Assembly (NCBI GenBank): GCA_047921135.1
Contig: JBLRWR010000001.1
Coordinates: 1-40,826 of the forward strand
From: Candidatus Brevefilum sp.
GTDB taxonomy: Bacteria > Chloroflexota > Anaerolineae > Anaerolineales > Anaerolineaceae
DNA: 40,826 bases
Direction of reading: 5' to 3'
Shown here: piece after piece, positions 30,278 through 39,327 of the stretch
Layout: every line of letters starts with the position of its first letter
Numbering within the stretch: the first letter of the stretch is position 1
Made by a program: the position numbers and the translations under genes
Notes under the pieces: generated by a model
Database searches by the model: none
Told to the model about the DNA's origin: nothing
The model's input: only the letters and a program-made list of their open reading frames with translations

Positions 30278-31360
30278 ATGGGTAAAAATGATCGTAGAGC
30301 CAATTGCCTGTTTGGTGCCCGATATATGCTCACCCAGGTGGAAGCCCTCCGTGTAGAGAGCCAGGGCGCGCTGGTTGGTGAAGATATTGAACATGTGCAC
30401 CAGATGCGGGTCGCCTCGCGCCGCTTGCGGAACGGGCTGAACCTTTTTACCCAATGTTTATCCGAGAAAAACGCCAAAGCCTGGGGCAAAGCGATCCGGG
30501 AGATCACCAAAGCATTGGGCCGCGCCCGAGACCTGGATATCCAGATTGACCTGCTCAACCGCTGTTATGCGGCGGATCTGGAACCTCGTTACAAGCCCGG
30601 CATCAATCGCTTGCTATTGCGCCTTGGGCAGCAGCGCAGCTTGGCCCAGGACAAGGTCACCCAAACGCTGGCCAATTTACAGGAAGCTGGCACCCTGGAT
30701 GGCATGGAAGCAAAATTGACTGCGATGACGGCGGGTTCAGAGAACCTTTACCTCTATACACCCTCGCTTTATCAGCAAGCTTATGAGGCGATTAATCGCA
30801 GCCTGGAGGAATTTCTCAGCTACGAAGGCTATATCCACAACCCGGAAAATGTTCCTGAACTGCACGCGATGCGGATTGCAGGCAAGCATTTGCGCTATAC
30901 CCTGGAAATCTTCGCGCCCATTTATGGCAATACGCTTGACCCCCATATTCGCGCGATGAAAAACCTGCAGGATCTGCTGGGTGATATTCATGATAATGAC
31001 GTGTGGATCGCCTGGTTGCCCGAGTTTATTGAACAGGAGGGGGCACGGGTGATGGATTATTTTGGCCATCGCGGCCCGCTAAAACGCCTTCTGCCGGGTT
31101 TGAACTATTTCAGTGCAGACCGTCAGCGTGTGCGTGATGAAAAATACCAATCCTTTCTTTCGCTCTGGGAGACTTTGATCTATGAAAATGCCTGGGAGGT
31201 AATGGCAGAGATTATCAAAGCACCCATGGATGTGGAAGCTGTTTTGGCGCATTTGGCACCTGAAAATCGAGCTGGCAGCCCACCTGAAAACCCAGCAGAC
31301 AGTGTAACCGAACCCGAAGCGCCCGAACCCCCGCCAGACGATCCCAGTTTTAAACGATAG
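30278..31360 (+). CDS. CHAD-domain protein (polyphosphate-binding family)
   Basis: VHQMRVASRRLR, LGRARDLD, LHAMRIAGKHLRY.LE and LQDLLGDIHD.DV. Confidence 0.93.
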   Translation: MGKNDRRANCLFGARYMLTQVEALRVESQGALVGEDIEHVHQMRVASRRLRNGLNLFTQCLSEKNAKAWGKAIREITKALGRARDLDIQIDLLNRCYAADLEPRYKPGINRLLLRLGQQRSLAQDKVTQTLANLQEAGTLDGMEAKLTAMTAGSENLYLYTPSLYQQAYEAINRSLEEFLSYEGYIHNPENVPELHAMRIAGKHLRYTLEIFAPIYGNTLDPHIRAMKNLQDLLGDIHDNDVWIAWLPEFIEQEGARVMDYFGHRGPLKRLLPGLNYFSADRQRVRDEKYQSFLSLWETLIYENAWEVMAEIIKAPMDVEAVLAHLAPENRAGSPPENPADSVTEPEAPEPPPDDPSFKR

Positions 31361-31369
31361 GGGCTGAGG

Positions 31370-32935
31370 ATGAAAATCACGGTGATCGCCGACGTCCACG
31401 GCAACCTGCCCGCGCTTGAAGCAGTGCTGCGTCACGCCCGTGGGCAGGGGGGAGGGGAGATGATCCTCAACCTGGGTGACCTGACGGGTTACGGTCCCCT
31501 TCCGGAGGCGGTCGTACGGTGGAGCCAGTCACCGGGTGTGATTAGCATTTTGGGGGATTATGATAAAAAAGTCGTCAGTAAAGCGCAAGGCCAGGAGGGC
31601 TGGTCGCGGGTGAAAACCGCGCACAAGCGGGAAATGTTTACCTGGACGTACCGGGCCCTTTCGAAGCGCTCACGTAAATATTTACGATCTTTACCCAAAC
31701 GGCTGGATATCGTTGTTGAGGATGTGAGGATTTCCCTGTCTCATGGCAGCCCTGCCGCACACCAGGAATTTATCGGCCCGGAAACGCCCGAAGTGCGCTT
31801 GGCAGAACTGGCCGCCGAAACGCAAGCAAAGGTGAATCTCAGCGGGCACACCCATCGAGCTTTTTACCGCCAGGTGGGTGATGTGCTGTTTGTCAACCCG
31901 GGCAGTGTTGGACGGCCCGATGATGGCGATCCGCGCGCCAGTTATGCGCTGCTTGAAATTGAGGGCGGGCATGTAGGGGTTCAGCATTTCCGGGTGCCGT
32001 ATGATATCATGGCGGCTGTGTCTGGCTTGCGCATGGCCGGGCTGCCTGAGGTGTTTGCCCAGGTGATCCGCCGGGGGTTGAACTATGATGATGTGGCTGC
32101 CGAACTGGGCATGCCATTGGGTAGTGTGGACCTGGAACCTTCAGGTGTGGTGAGCCTGCTGACCGATTTTAGCCTTGACGATCATTTTGTGGGTGTGATG
32201 AAGGGTGTCATTGCCGGGATTGCCCCACAGGCTATCATGCTTGATATCACCCACCAGGTACGGCCGCAAAATATTGCGGAAGGAGCGCGCTTGCTGGCGG
32301 AAGCCGTGCCGTATTTCCCACAGGGGACGGTGCATGTGGCGGTGGTAGACCCGGGCGTGGGCACCCAGCGGCGTGCCCTGGCGGCGCAAATTGGCGCGCA
32401 TTTCTTTGTGGCCCCGGATAATGGCTTGCTGTCGCGTGTGCTTGAGCAAGCCAAAGATGCGGGTTTGCCGGTCAGATGGGTTGCGCTGACCAACTCTGCT
32501 TTGTGGTTGCCCGAAGCCAGTACGTCCTTCCACGGCCGGGATGTCTTTGCCCCGGTCGGCGCACATCTGGCCAATGGCATGCCGTTGAGGAACCTGGGTG
32601 AAGAGATCAACGACCCGGTCTTGTTGTCTTTTGCACAACCTGTGGGGACATCCGCCGGTTGGCAGGCCGAGGTGGTGCTCATCGACCGGTTCGGCAACCT
32701 GAGCACCAATCTGCCCGGAGCGTATCTCCACGAGGGTAAACAGATCGTTGTCCGGGTTGGTGATGAAACCATCCAGGGGCTGAGCCCAACTTTTGGCGCT
32801 GCCAGCCCGGGGGCGTTAATCGCCTTTATCGACAGCACCGGCCACCTGGCGATCGCTGAGGTCAATGGGGATGCAGCTCGCAGGCTGGACATTAACACCG
32901 GAGCAGTAATTATTGTTGAGATTGAGGAAAAATGA
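31370..32935 (+). CDS. Fusion: calcineurin-like metallophosphoesterase + DUF62 SAM hydroxide adenosyltransferase
   Basis: N-half: DVHGN, GDL, HGSP, GHTH, NPGSVG. C-half from about 32141: LLTDF, VVDPGVG..RR, APDNGLL, SFHGRDVFAP, DRFGN. Confidence 0.88.
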   Translation: MKITVIADVHGNLPALEAVLRHARGQGGGEMILNLGDLTGYGPLPEAVVRWSQSPGVISILGDYDKKVVSKAQGQEGWSRVKTAHKREMFTWTYRALSKRSRKYLRSLPKRLDIVVEDVRISLSHGSPAAHQEFIGPETPEVRLAELAAETQAKVNLSGHTHRAFYRQVGDVLFVNPGSVGRPDDGDPRASYALLEIEGGHVGVQHFRVPYDIMAAVSGLRMAGLPEVFAQVIRRGLNYDDVAAELGMPLGSVDLEPSGVVSLLTDFSLDDHFVGVMKGVIAGIAPQAIMLDITHQVRPQNIAEGARLLAEAVPYFPQGTVHVAVVDPGVGTQRRALAAQIGAHFFVAPDNGLLSRVLEQAKDAGLPVRWVALTNSALWLPEASTSFHGRDVFAPVGAHLANGMPLRNLGEEINDPVLLSFAQPVGTSAGWQAEVVLIDRFGNLSTNLPGAYLHEGKQIVVRVGDETIQGLSPTFGAASPGALIAFIDSTGHLAIAEVNGDAARRLDINTGAVIIVEIEEK

Positions 32936-33031
32936 TTGCATTAACTTACCAATCTTGGGCAGTTGATGCAATGAATTTTCCACTTTCTTAGGTAAACAAA
33001 CTGAGATTGTACCGTCCTATTGGAGGAGTTT

Positions 33032-34822
33032 ATGACGCATTTACTTGTCATTGGCGGTCCGTCCCTCGATCGGCTGCATTTTAACAACCGGGTTGAGCCT
33101 TCAGCTGGCGGGGCTGGCTTGTATACCGCGCTGGCTGCCCATCGCAGCGGCTGCCGGGTCTCCATGTTCAGCCCAAAACCAAACCCCATGCCAGGCGCCT
33201 TGCAGCCCCTGGATAACCGGTTGGAAACCTGGCTCGGCCCAACCGTCACGGGTGAGGACATTCCCCGCTTTGAGATCGCCCACTCTGGCGATCAGGCGAC
33301 CTACCTGTCTTTTTTCTCCGGGGCAGAAGTGCGGCTGGATCCAGCCGGGCTGCCGCAAGACCTTTCTGCCTACGATGCTGTTCATATTACCTCCTTGGGA
33401 CGAGCTCACCAACAGCTCAGGTTTGCAGAAGCCTGCCGGGCGCGTGGCGCTGCAATGCTCTCTTGTGGAAGCCATCTGAGCTTAATCGAAGAAGACCCAG
33501 ACCTGGTAGAGCGTTTATTCGACCTTGCGGACCTGATCTTTCTCAACGAAGCGGAGGCCAGGGCGTATTTCGGTTCACTGGAGCAGGCGGTGACTGCACC
33601 GGGGAAGGTCTTGTGGATCACCCGCGGCCGGGATGGCGCGTTGGTGGTCCAGGGCAATTACACAACTGAGCTTCAGGCTATTGCCGCAGAGGCGCTGGAC
33701 CCAACCGGTGCCGGAGATACGTTCTGTGGGGCGACAGTTTCGCTTGTGCTGCAAGGCGCTCATCCGATCATGGCCGCCCGTCGGGCCATGGCACTGGCAT
33801 CGGAAGCCATTCAACATGTCGGCCCGACTGCATTGTTGTTTGAGCAGGACCCGCCCGCCATTCCATTGGATGAGCGGGTGCGGATCGATGAGGATCAGGT
33901 GGCGCGCCTGGCCGGGGTGATGAAAACCATTCCGGAAGCGGAACCGGTCCCTTTTGTCAGCGATTATTACCCGCCGGTCGGGCACCCGGCCGCAATGAAT
34001 TACTTCTTTGTGCAAACCTTGCAGCAGTTCAGCTTTTGGCACATTGCAGAAGGCCGTTACAGCCATCCACTGGTTGCCACCATTGATGGGCATCAATGCA
34101 AGGGCTCAACTTACCTCTCCTATGCCTACCTGCGCCCGCTGGAAGATGATGCGCACTTTTATTCCCCGCAGCGGCAGGCCCAAACGGACAAAACAGAAAT
34201 GCTGGCTTTGTTCCGCGCAGATGACGGCACCGATCCGATGCCGGCCGTCGACCTGCACCTGGCCATGGCCCAGGCTTACGGGAGGGACATGTCCGCCCTG
34301 GGATTATCGCCCCAGGCGATTTTGGCGCGAGCGAACCAGGCGGAGAAACCCCTCAAGACCTTCCTGTCTATCCTGGATCAGGTTGGCGGTTATAAGGAAG
34401 ATCCTTTTCGTAAGAAATCCAACCTGCTGGCGATGATCCTCAAGGAACGGCCGGAAGGCTTTTTACGCATTTCTGCCGATGAGGCGATCCAGCCGGTGAT
34501 TGATTACCACGTGATGCGGTTTTGCTTGCGGACCGGTTTGGTAGAGGTCATTGATGCAGCCTTGCGAGAGAAAATCGCCCAACGGATATTGGTCTCTGCG
34601 GCGGAGGAATGGGCTATCCGTTTTGCCTGTTACCGTACAATCCAAAAGCTGATTGATGTGTCGGGTTTGAGCATGGGCGCGGTGGATAATATTGCCTTTA
34701 ATTACAACCGCCAGCACTGCCCTGAGATGACTGAGCCCATCTGCGCAGCATGTGCGCTTGACCCGGCCTGTGTACACCGTAAGCACCTGTTCCAGCCGGT
34801 AATTCGGACGACGTTTTATTAA
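33032..34822 (+). CDS. Fusion: PfkB/ribokinase-family kinase + queuosine-salvage (DUF2419/QNG1)-like HhH glycosylase domain with Cys4 motif
   Basis: N-half: GGAG, NEAEA, TRG..G, DPTGAGD. C-half from about 33870: QFSFW, DPFRKK, IDYHV.R, EEWAIR, C-x7-C-x2-C-x5-C, terminal RTTFY. GGAGG RBS before the ATG at 33032. Confidence 0.75.
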   Translation: MTHLLVIGGPSLDRLHFNNRVEPSAGGAGLYTALAAHRSGCRVSMFSPKPNPMPGALQPLDNRLETWLGPTVTGEDIPRFEIAHSGDQATYLSFFSGAEVRLDPAGLPQDLSAYDAVHITSLGRAHQQLRFAEACRARGAAMLSCGSHLSLIEEDPDLVERLFDLADLIFLNEAEARAYFGSLEQAVTAPGKVLWITRGRDGALVVQGNYTTELQAIAAEALDPTGAGDTFCGATVSLVLQGAHPIMAARRAMALASEAIQHVGPTALLFEQDPPAIPLDERVRIDEDQVARLAGVMKTIPEAEPVPFVSDYYPPVGHPAAMNYFFVQTLQQFSFWHIAEGRYSHPLVATIDGHQCKGSTYLSYAYLRPLEDDAHFYSPQRQAQTDKTEMLALFRADDGTDPMPAVDLHLAMAQAYGRDMSALGLSPQAILARANQAEKPLKTFLSILDQVGGYKEDPFRKKSNLLAMILKERPEGFLRISADEAIQPVIDYHVMRFCLRTGLVEVIDAALREKIAQRILVSAAEEWAIRFACYRTIQKLIDVSGLSMGAVDNIAFNYNRQHCPEMTEPICAACALDPACVHRKHLFQPVIRTTFY

Positions 34823-34921
34823 CCAACGGCCTGGCCGGGATGGCGAAGGTGGTGCATGGCTTTCCATGCGCAGCGCTTGGGTGGTAAAATTGCTTGACAA
34901 AAAAATTAATCAATAAAGGAT

Positions 34922-36148
34922 ATGATGGCCATCGACATCCAAAAAATTCGCGCTGATTTCCCGATTTTGGGCACAACAGTTCATGGTAAACCCCTGGTCT
35001 ACCTGGATAATGCCGCCACCACCCAAAAACCGCAATCGGTGATCGACACGATCATCGATTATTACACCCGCTATAACAGCAATATCCATCGCGGCACGCA
35101 TCACCTTTCCAACCTGGCAACTGAAGCCCACGAAGCTGCCCGAAAAACCGTGCAACGCTATGTCAACGCCGAACACTCCCATGAAATCATCTTCACCCGG
35201 GGGACGACGGAAGCGATCAACCTGGTGGCTTTTGCTTTTGGAGAGGCTTTTGTCAGCCCGGGTGATGATGTGATTGTCACCGAGCTGGAACACCACTCCA
35301 ATTTTGTGCCCTGGCAGATGATGTGCGAGAGGCGCGGGGCTAACTTCAAAGTGATCCCCTTTGATGAAAACGGCGAGCTCCGTTTGGATATCTACGAGAA
35401 ACTGCTGAGCGACAAGACCCGCATGGTAGCCTTCAACCACGTTTCCAACTCGCTTGGCACGGTCAACCCGGCCAAGAAGATCATCCAAATGGCACATGAG
35501 GCTGGCGCTGCTGTGCTGGTGGATGCTGCCCAATCGGTTCAACACATCGAGCATGATGTGGTGGCGCTGGATGCGGATTTTTATGCCTTTTCTGGCCACA
35601 AGATCTACGGTCCGACCGGCATCGGGGTGCTCTACGGGAAAGAGCGCTGGTTGGACGCCATCCCGCCTTACCAGGGCGGAGGTGAGATGATCGACCAGGT
35701 GGCGGTGGAAAAAACCACCTATAACAAGCCGCCCTTCAAGTTTGAGGCGGGTACGCCCAACATCGTTGGGCCGATCGGGCTGGCCGCGGCCATTGACTAC
35801 CTGAATGCACTCGATTTCAACGCCATCATGGCTCACGAAGATGAGGTCCTGGCTTATGGGCGGGCACGGCTGCTGGAGATCGAGGGACTGACGCTCTACG
35901 GCAACGCCAAACAACGCACCAGTATACTGGCCTTTAATATTGACGGGGTGCACCATTATGACCTGGGCACCCTGCTGGATACCCGCGGTGTGGCTGTGCG
36001 CACCGGGCACCACTGTACCCAGCCGATTATGACCGCCCTGCACATTGATGGCACGGTCAGGGCTTCACTGGCCCTCTACAACACCCAAGAGGATATCAAC
36101 GCGCTGGTGGAAGCTATTCACAAAGTTCTGAAAATGTTGGGTCGGTAA
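34922..36148 (+). CDS. sufS: Cysteine desulfurase, SufS type
   Basis: YLDNAATTQKP, EHHSN, FSGHKIYGPTG, FEAGTP and RTGHHCTQP. Confidence 0.95.
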   Translation: MMAIDIQKIRADFPILGTTVHGKPLVYLDNAATTQKPQSVIDTIIDYYTRYNSNIHRGTHHLSNLATEAHEAARKTVQRYVNAEHSHEIIFTRGTTEAINLVAFAFGEAFVSPGDDVIVTELEHHSNFVPWQMMCERRGANFKVIPFDENGELRLDIYEKLLSDKTRMVAFNHVSNSLGTVNPAKKIIQMAHEAGAAVLVDAAQSVQHIEHDVVALDADFYAFSGHKIYGPTGIGVLYGKERWLDAIPPYQGGGEMIDQVAVEKTTYNKPPFKFEAGTPNIVGPIGLAAAIDYLNALDFNAIMAHEDEVLAYGRARLLEIEGLTLYGNAKQRTSILAFNIDGVHHYDLGTLLDTRGVAVRTGHHCTQPIMTALHIDGTVRASLALYNTQEDINALVEAIHKVLKMLGR

Positions 36149-36151
36149 CCT

Positions 36152-36577
36152 ATGGCAAGCATACAGGACATCCAGGCCCAGATTGTAGATGATTTCTCCT
36201 TTTTGCCCGAATGGGATGAGCGTTACGCTTACCTGATTGAGCTGGGGCAGAAAAACCCGCCCTTGCCTGAGGCCTACCGCACGGAGGAGAACATCGTACG
36301 CGGCTGCCAATCCCTGGTGTGGCTGCACCGGGAATGCCGCCAGGGTGAGGTTCACCTGCAGGCTGACAGCGATTCGTTGATTGTCAAAGGGCTGGCCGCC
36401 CTATTGCTGCAGGTGTTTTCGGGACAGCCCGCTCAAGCCGTACTCACTGCTGACCTGACCTTTTTTAAAGCGATTGGCCTGGATCAGCATCTTTCATCCC
36501 AACGCGCCAATGGCCTGCTGGCCATGGTCGATCAGATTAAAGCCTTTGCTGCAAAATGTGCGGGCGAGACTTCATAA
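36152..36577 (+). CDS. sufE: Sulfur acceptor SufE
   Basis: VRGCQS.VW, DSDSLIVKG and LSSQRANG. Confidence 0.93.
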   Translation: MASIQDIQAQIVDDFSFLPEWDERYAYLIELGQKNPPLPEAYRTEENIVRGCQSLVWLHRECRQGEVHLQADSDSLIVKGLAALLLQVFSGQPAQAVLTADLTFFKAIGLDQHLSSQRANGLLAMVDQIKAFAAKCAGETS

Positions 36578-36719
36578 AAATTTTTTTATCCGAATAGCTT
36601 GGGCTTATTTCCATTGCCAACACCCACTCACATCGCTTTGCCATGACGGGCGGACATGGCCTGTATGGTTCAATCGTGTGGATGGCTGTTTTGATCATCA
36701 TAGGCTACAATTGATACCC

Positions 36720-37535
36720 ATGAATGATAAAACAACACAAATTCTCCTGACCAACGATGACAGCATCCATTCACCCGGCTTATGGGCCGCCGCTGAAGCC
36801 CTGGACCCCCTGGGGTTCGTGCATGTGGTGGCACCGCTGCACCAGCAGACCAGTAAGGGACACAGCATGCCGGCAGAATCAACCGGAACCATTGAAGCGC
36901 TGACCCTGCACGTCAACGGGCGTGATTGGACCGTGTATGCCGTGGATGGTTCGCCCGGGCAGGCCGTGGTGCACGGCATCCTGGATGTGATTAAGGGCAA
37001 CCCGGCTTTGGTCGTTTCCGGCATCAATTATGGTGAAAATATCGGCGCCGGGCTGACGATCTCCGGTACCGTTGGCGCAGCTCTGGAAGCAGCCTCGGCA
37101 GGCATCCCTGCGATGGCGGTATCGATGCAAACCGGGCAAGAACATCACCTGAACCTCTCAAAAGACATTGATTTCAGCGCAGCAGCCCACTTTACGCAAA
37201 AATTTGCCCGGGTGATGCTCACCCAAGCACTGCCCTTTGATGTGGATGTGCTCAAGATCGATGTACCCCGCGGTGCCACACCAGAGACGCCCTGGGCACT
37301 CACCCGCCATTCCAGAGCCCGGTACTACATACCAGCAACGCCGCGCAGAGAATCGCTTTATGAACGCGGGCCAGTGGGCTATGAAATCCGCTATGATCCC
37401 GCCCAACTGGAGCCTGATGGCGATGTATATGCCCTGGTGGTCGATAAACGGGTCGCCGTCACGCCCATCAGCATCGATATGACCTCGCGGGTTGATTTTG
37501 AGCCTTTACGGAGGACGTTGGCAGGCGAATCTTGA
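36720..37535 (+). CDS. surE: 5'/3'-nucleotidase SurE
   Basis: ILLTNDD, VVAP, VSGINYGEN and SGTVGAALE; homology begins at the ATG at 36720, not at 36474. Confidence 0.9.
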   Translation: MNDKTTQILLTNDDSIHSPGLWAAAEALDPLGFVHVVAPLHQQTSKGHSMPAESTGTIEALTLHVNGRDWTVYAVDGSPGQAVVHGILDVIKGNPALVVSGINYGENIGAGLTISGTVGAALEAASAGIPAMAVSMQTGQEHHLNLSKDIDFSAAAHFTQKFARVMLTQALPFDVDVLKIDVPRGATPETPWALTRHSRARYYIPATPRRESLYERGPVGYEIRYDPAQLEPDGDVYALVVDKRVAVTPISIDMTSRVDFEPLRRTLAGES

Positions 37536-37816
37536 TCCTGAGGAAGGTGTGTAGGAGATTTCTGACCTGGTTCAATTGTGAACAGGAAGGTTGCTCCGAG
37601 AGATGGTGAGTGCAGAACTGGATTTTAATGTTACAATCAGGTGATTTATTTTAATGGAGCGATCTTATTTGTTGATCAGAAAACCTTATTTAACGAGCCC
37701 CCGAAAATTATTGAACAATCCTCATCAAATTGATAAGTTAATGCCTGATCGCACAACTAAAGTGGACCCTGAGTGTTAATTAATTGACAAATTTTATAAA
37801 TAACAGGAGCAGACCC

Positions 37817-39226
37817 GTGGAGAAAAAAGATAAACTTCCTTTGATCACAAATTTGCTGTATGGGATGGGGGATTTTGGCTTCAGCATGAACAATTCCATC
37901 ATCACCGCCTTTTTTGCCGTCTTTATGGTGACGGTGGTTGGCTTACAGCCCGGTTTGGTGGCCATTATTTTATTTATTGGCCGGAGCTGGGATTTTGTCA
38001 ATGACTTATTGGTGGGGTACATCTCGGATCGTACCCGCTCGAAGTATGGCCGCCGCCGTCCATTTTTGTTATTCGGCGCGATTCCCTTTGGGTTATCCTT
38101 TATCCTGCTATGGCTCAGCCCCAATTTTGATCAAACCGGATTGATTATCTATTATTCTCTGGCCTATATCATTTATGAAGCGCTGGCGACTGTTGTTTAT
38201 ATGCCCTATTTCGCCCTCACACCGGAATTGACATCGGATTACGATGAGCGCACAAAGCTGACCAGCTTCAGGATGATGTTCAACATCATTGGCAGCCTCA
38301 CGGCCTATATTTTGCCGTTGCTGATTGTGGGCAATAACTGGAACCTGGCCACTTCACGCAGTGTGATGGTCATGGCAATCGTCGCAGGGGCCATCGCTGC
38401 CGCGCCGATCTTTGGCGTGTTCTGGGGCACGAAGGAAAAGCGCGAGTACCAAACAGAAAATCTACCCAAATTCTGGCCATCACTCAGGGCAGCATTTAAG
38501 AATAAACCCTTCATGTTCGGCGCCCTGATGTACCTGGCCACCTGGATGGCCATTGTGGTGATTGAATCCAACCTGCAATTCTTTATCCTGCATATTATTC
38601 AACGGCAATCTCAAAACATCATCATTATGATCAGCATCTTTGTGACAGCGATTTTTGCATTGCCGATCTGGAATTGGGTCTCGAAGAACTGGAATAAGCG
38701 CTGGGCATATATCATTGGCGTTGGCTTTTGGGCTGTGGTGATGCTGGTGCTGATCATGATGACCCCGCAGACGCCCTTCTGGCTGATCCTGGTCTTATGT
38801 GTGATGGCGGGGATTGGTGTGAGCGCTGGGCAGGTTTTACCCTGGGCGATCATCCCTGATGCCATTGAGTGGGAGGAATGGCATACCGGTGAGCGGAATG
38901 AGGGCATGTTCTACAGCCTGGTCACCTTATTGGGCAAGATTGGCATGGCTATTGCGCAGCCGCTTTCATTGTTGGTACTGCAGATGACTAATTTCCAGAG
39001 CGGTCAGGATGCTGTGCAGCCACCCAGTGCCTTGCTGGGTATCCGGCTGGTGGTTGGCCCAATCCCGGCGTTGCTCCTGGTGACCGGTATTCTGATTGCA
39101 ATTTTTTACCCCCTGGGCCGCAAACAGCATCACCAAATCGTGGAAGAACTGCGCACCCGACGCGCAGCCCGCAGGGCTGAACGCGCCGAGAAGAAACCAT
39201 TGCCTGGCGCAAGTGAGGTGGTCTAA
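37817..39226 (+). CDS. MFS glycoside-pentoside-hexuronide (MelB-like) cation symporter
   Basis: YGMGD, SDRTRSKYGRRRPF, DYDERTKL and GERNEGMFY; AGGAG RBS before the GTG at 37817. Confidence 0.9.
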   Translation: MEKKDKLPLITNLLYGMGDFGFSMNNSIITAFFAVFMVTVVGLQPGLVAIILFIGRSWDFVNDLLVGYISDRTRSKYGRRRPFLLFGAIPFGLSFILLWLSPNFDQTGLIIYYSLAYIIYEALATVVYMPYFALTPELTSDYDERTKLTSFRMMFNIIGSLTAYILPLLIVGNNWNLATSRSVMVMAIVAGAIAAAPIFGVFWGTKEKREYQTENLPKFWPSLRAAFKNKPFMFGALMYLATWMAIVVIESNLQFFILHIIQRQSQNIIIMISIFVTAIFALPIWNWVSKNWNKRWAYIIGVGFWAVVMLVLIMMTPQTPFWLILVLCVMAGIGVSAGQVLPWAIIPDAIEWEEWHTGERNEGMFYSLVTLLGKIGMAIAQPLSLLVLQMTNFQSGQDAVQPPSALLGIRLVVGPIPALLLVTGILIAIFYPLGRKQHHQIVEELRTRRAARRAERAEKKPLPGASEVV

Positions 39227-39327
39227 GATTGCGGCTGGCAAATTCAACATGATGAGAATCCCCTGCAAGAGGATGGATCACTACTGCCACCTGACTTTCC
39301 ACCGATTATTTAAAAACTGCCTGAACC

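Noticed and set aside
32141-32935. Fluorinase/chlorinase interpretation of the DUF62 domain
   Set aside because: It has FHGRD and the Asp/Arg residues of the SAM hydrolase branch rather than the Tyr-containing halogenase motif
34910-36043. 377-aa antisense ORF over sufS
   Set aside because: In-register shadow of a well-conserved gene; no recognisable motifs
36474-36719. 82-aa N-terminal extension of SurE in the ORF track (likewise the extended starts of plsY, pyrH, the FmdB gene, phoU and the MFS gene)
   Set aside because: The SurE extension overlaps sufE; in each case family homology or the RBS position points to a later start
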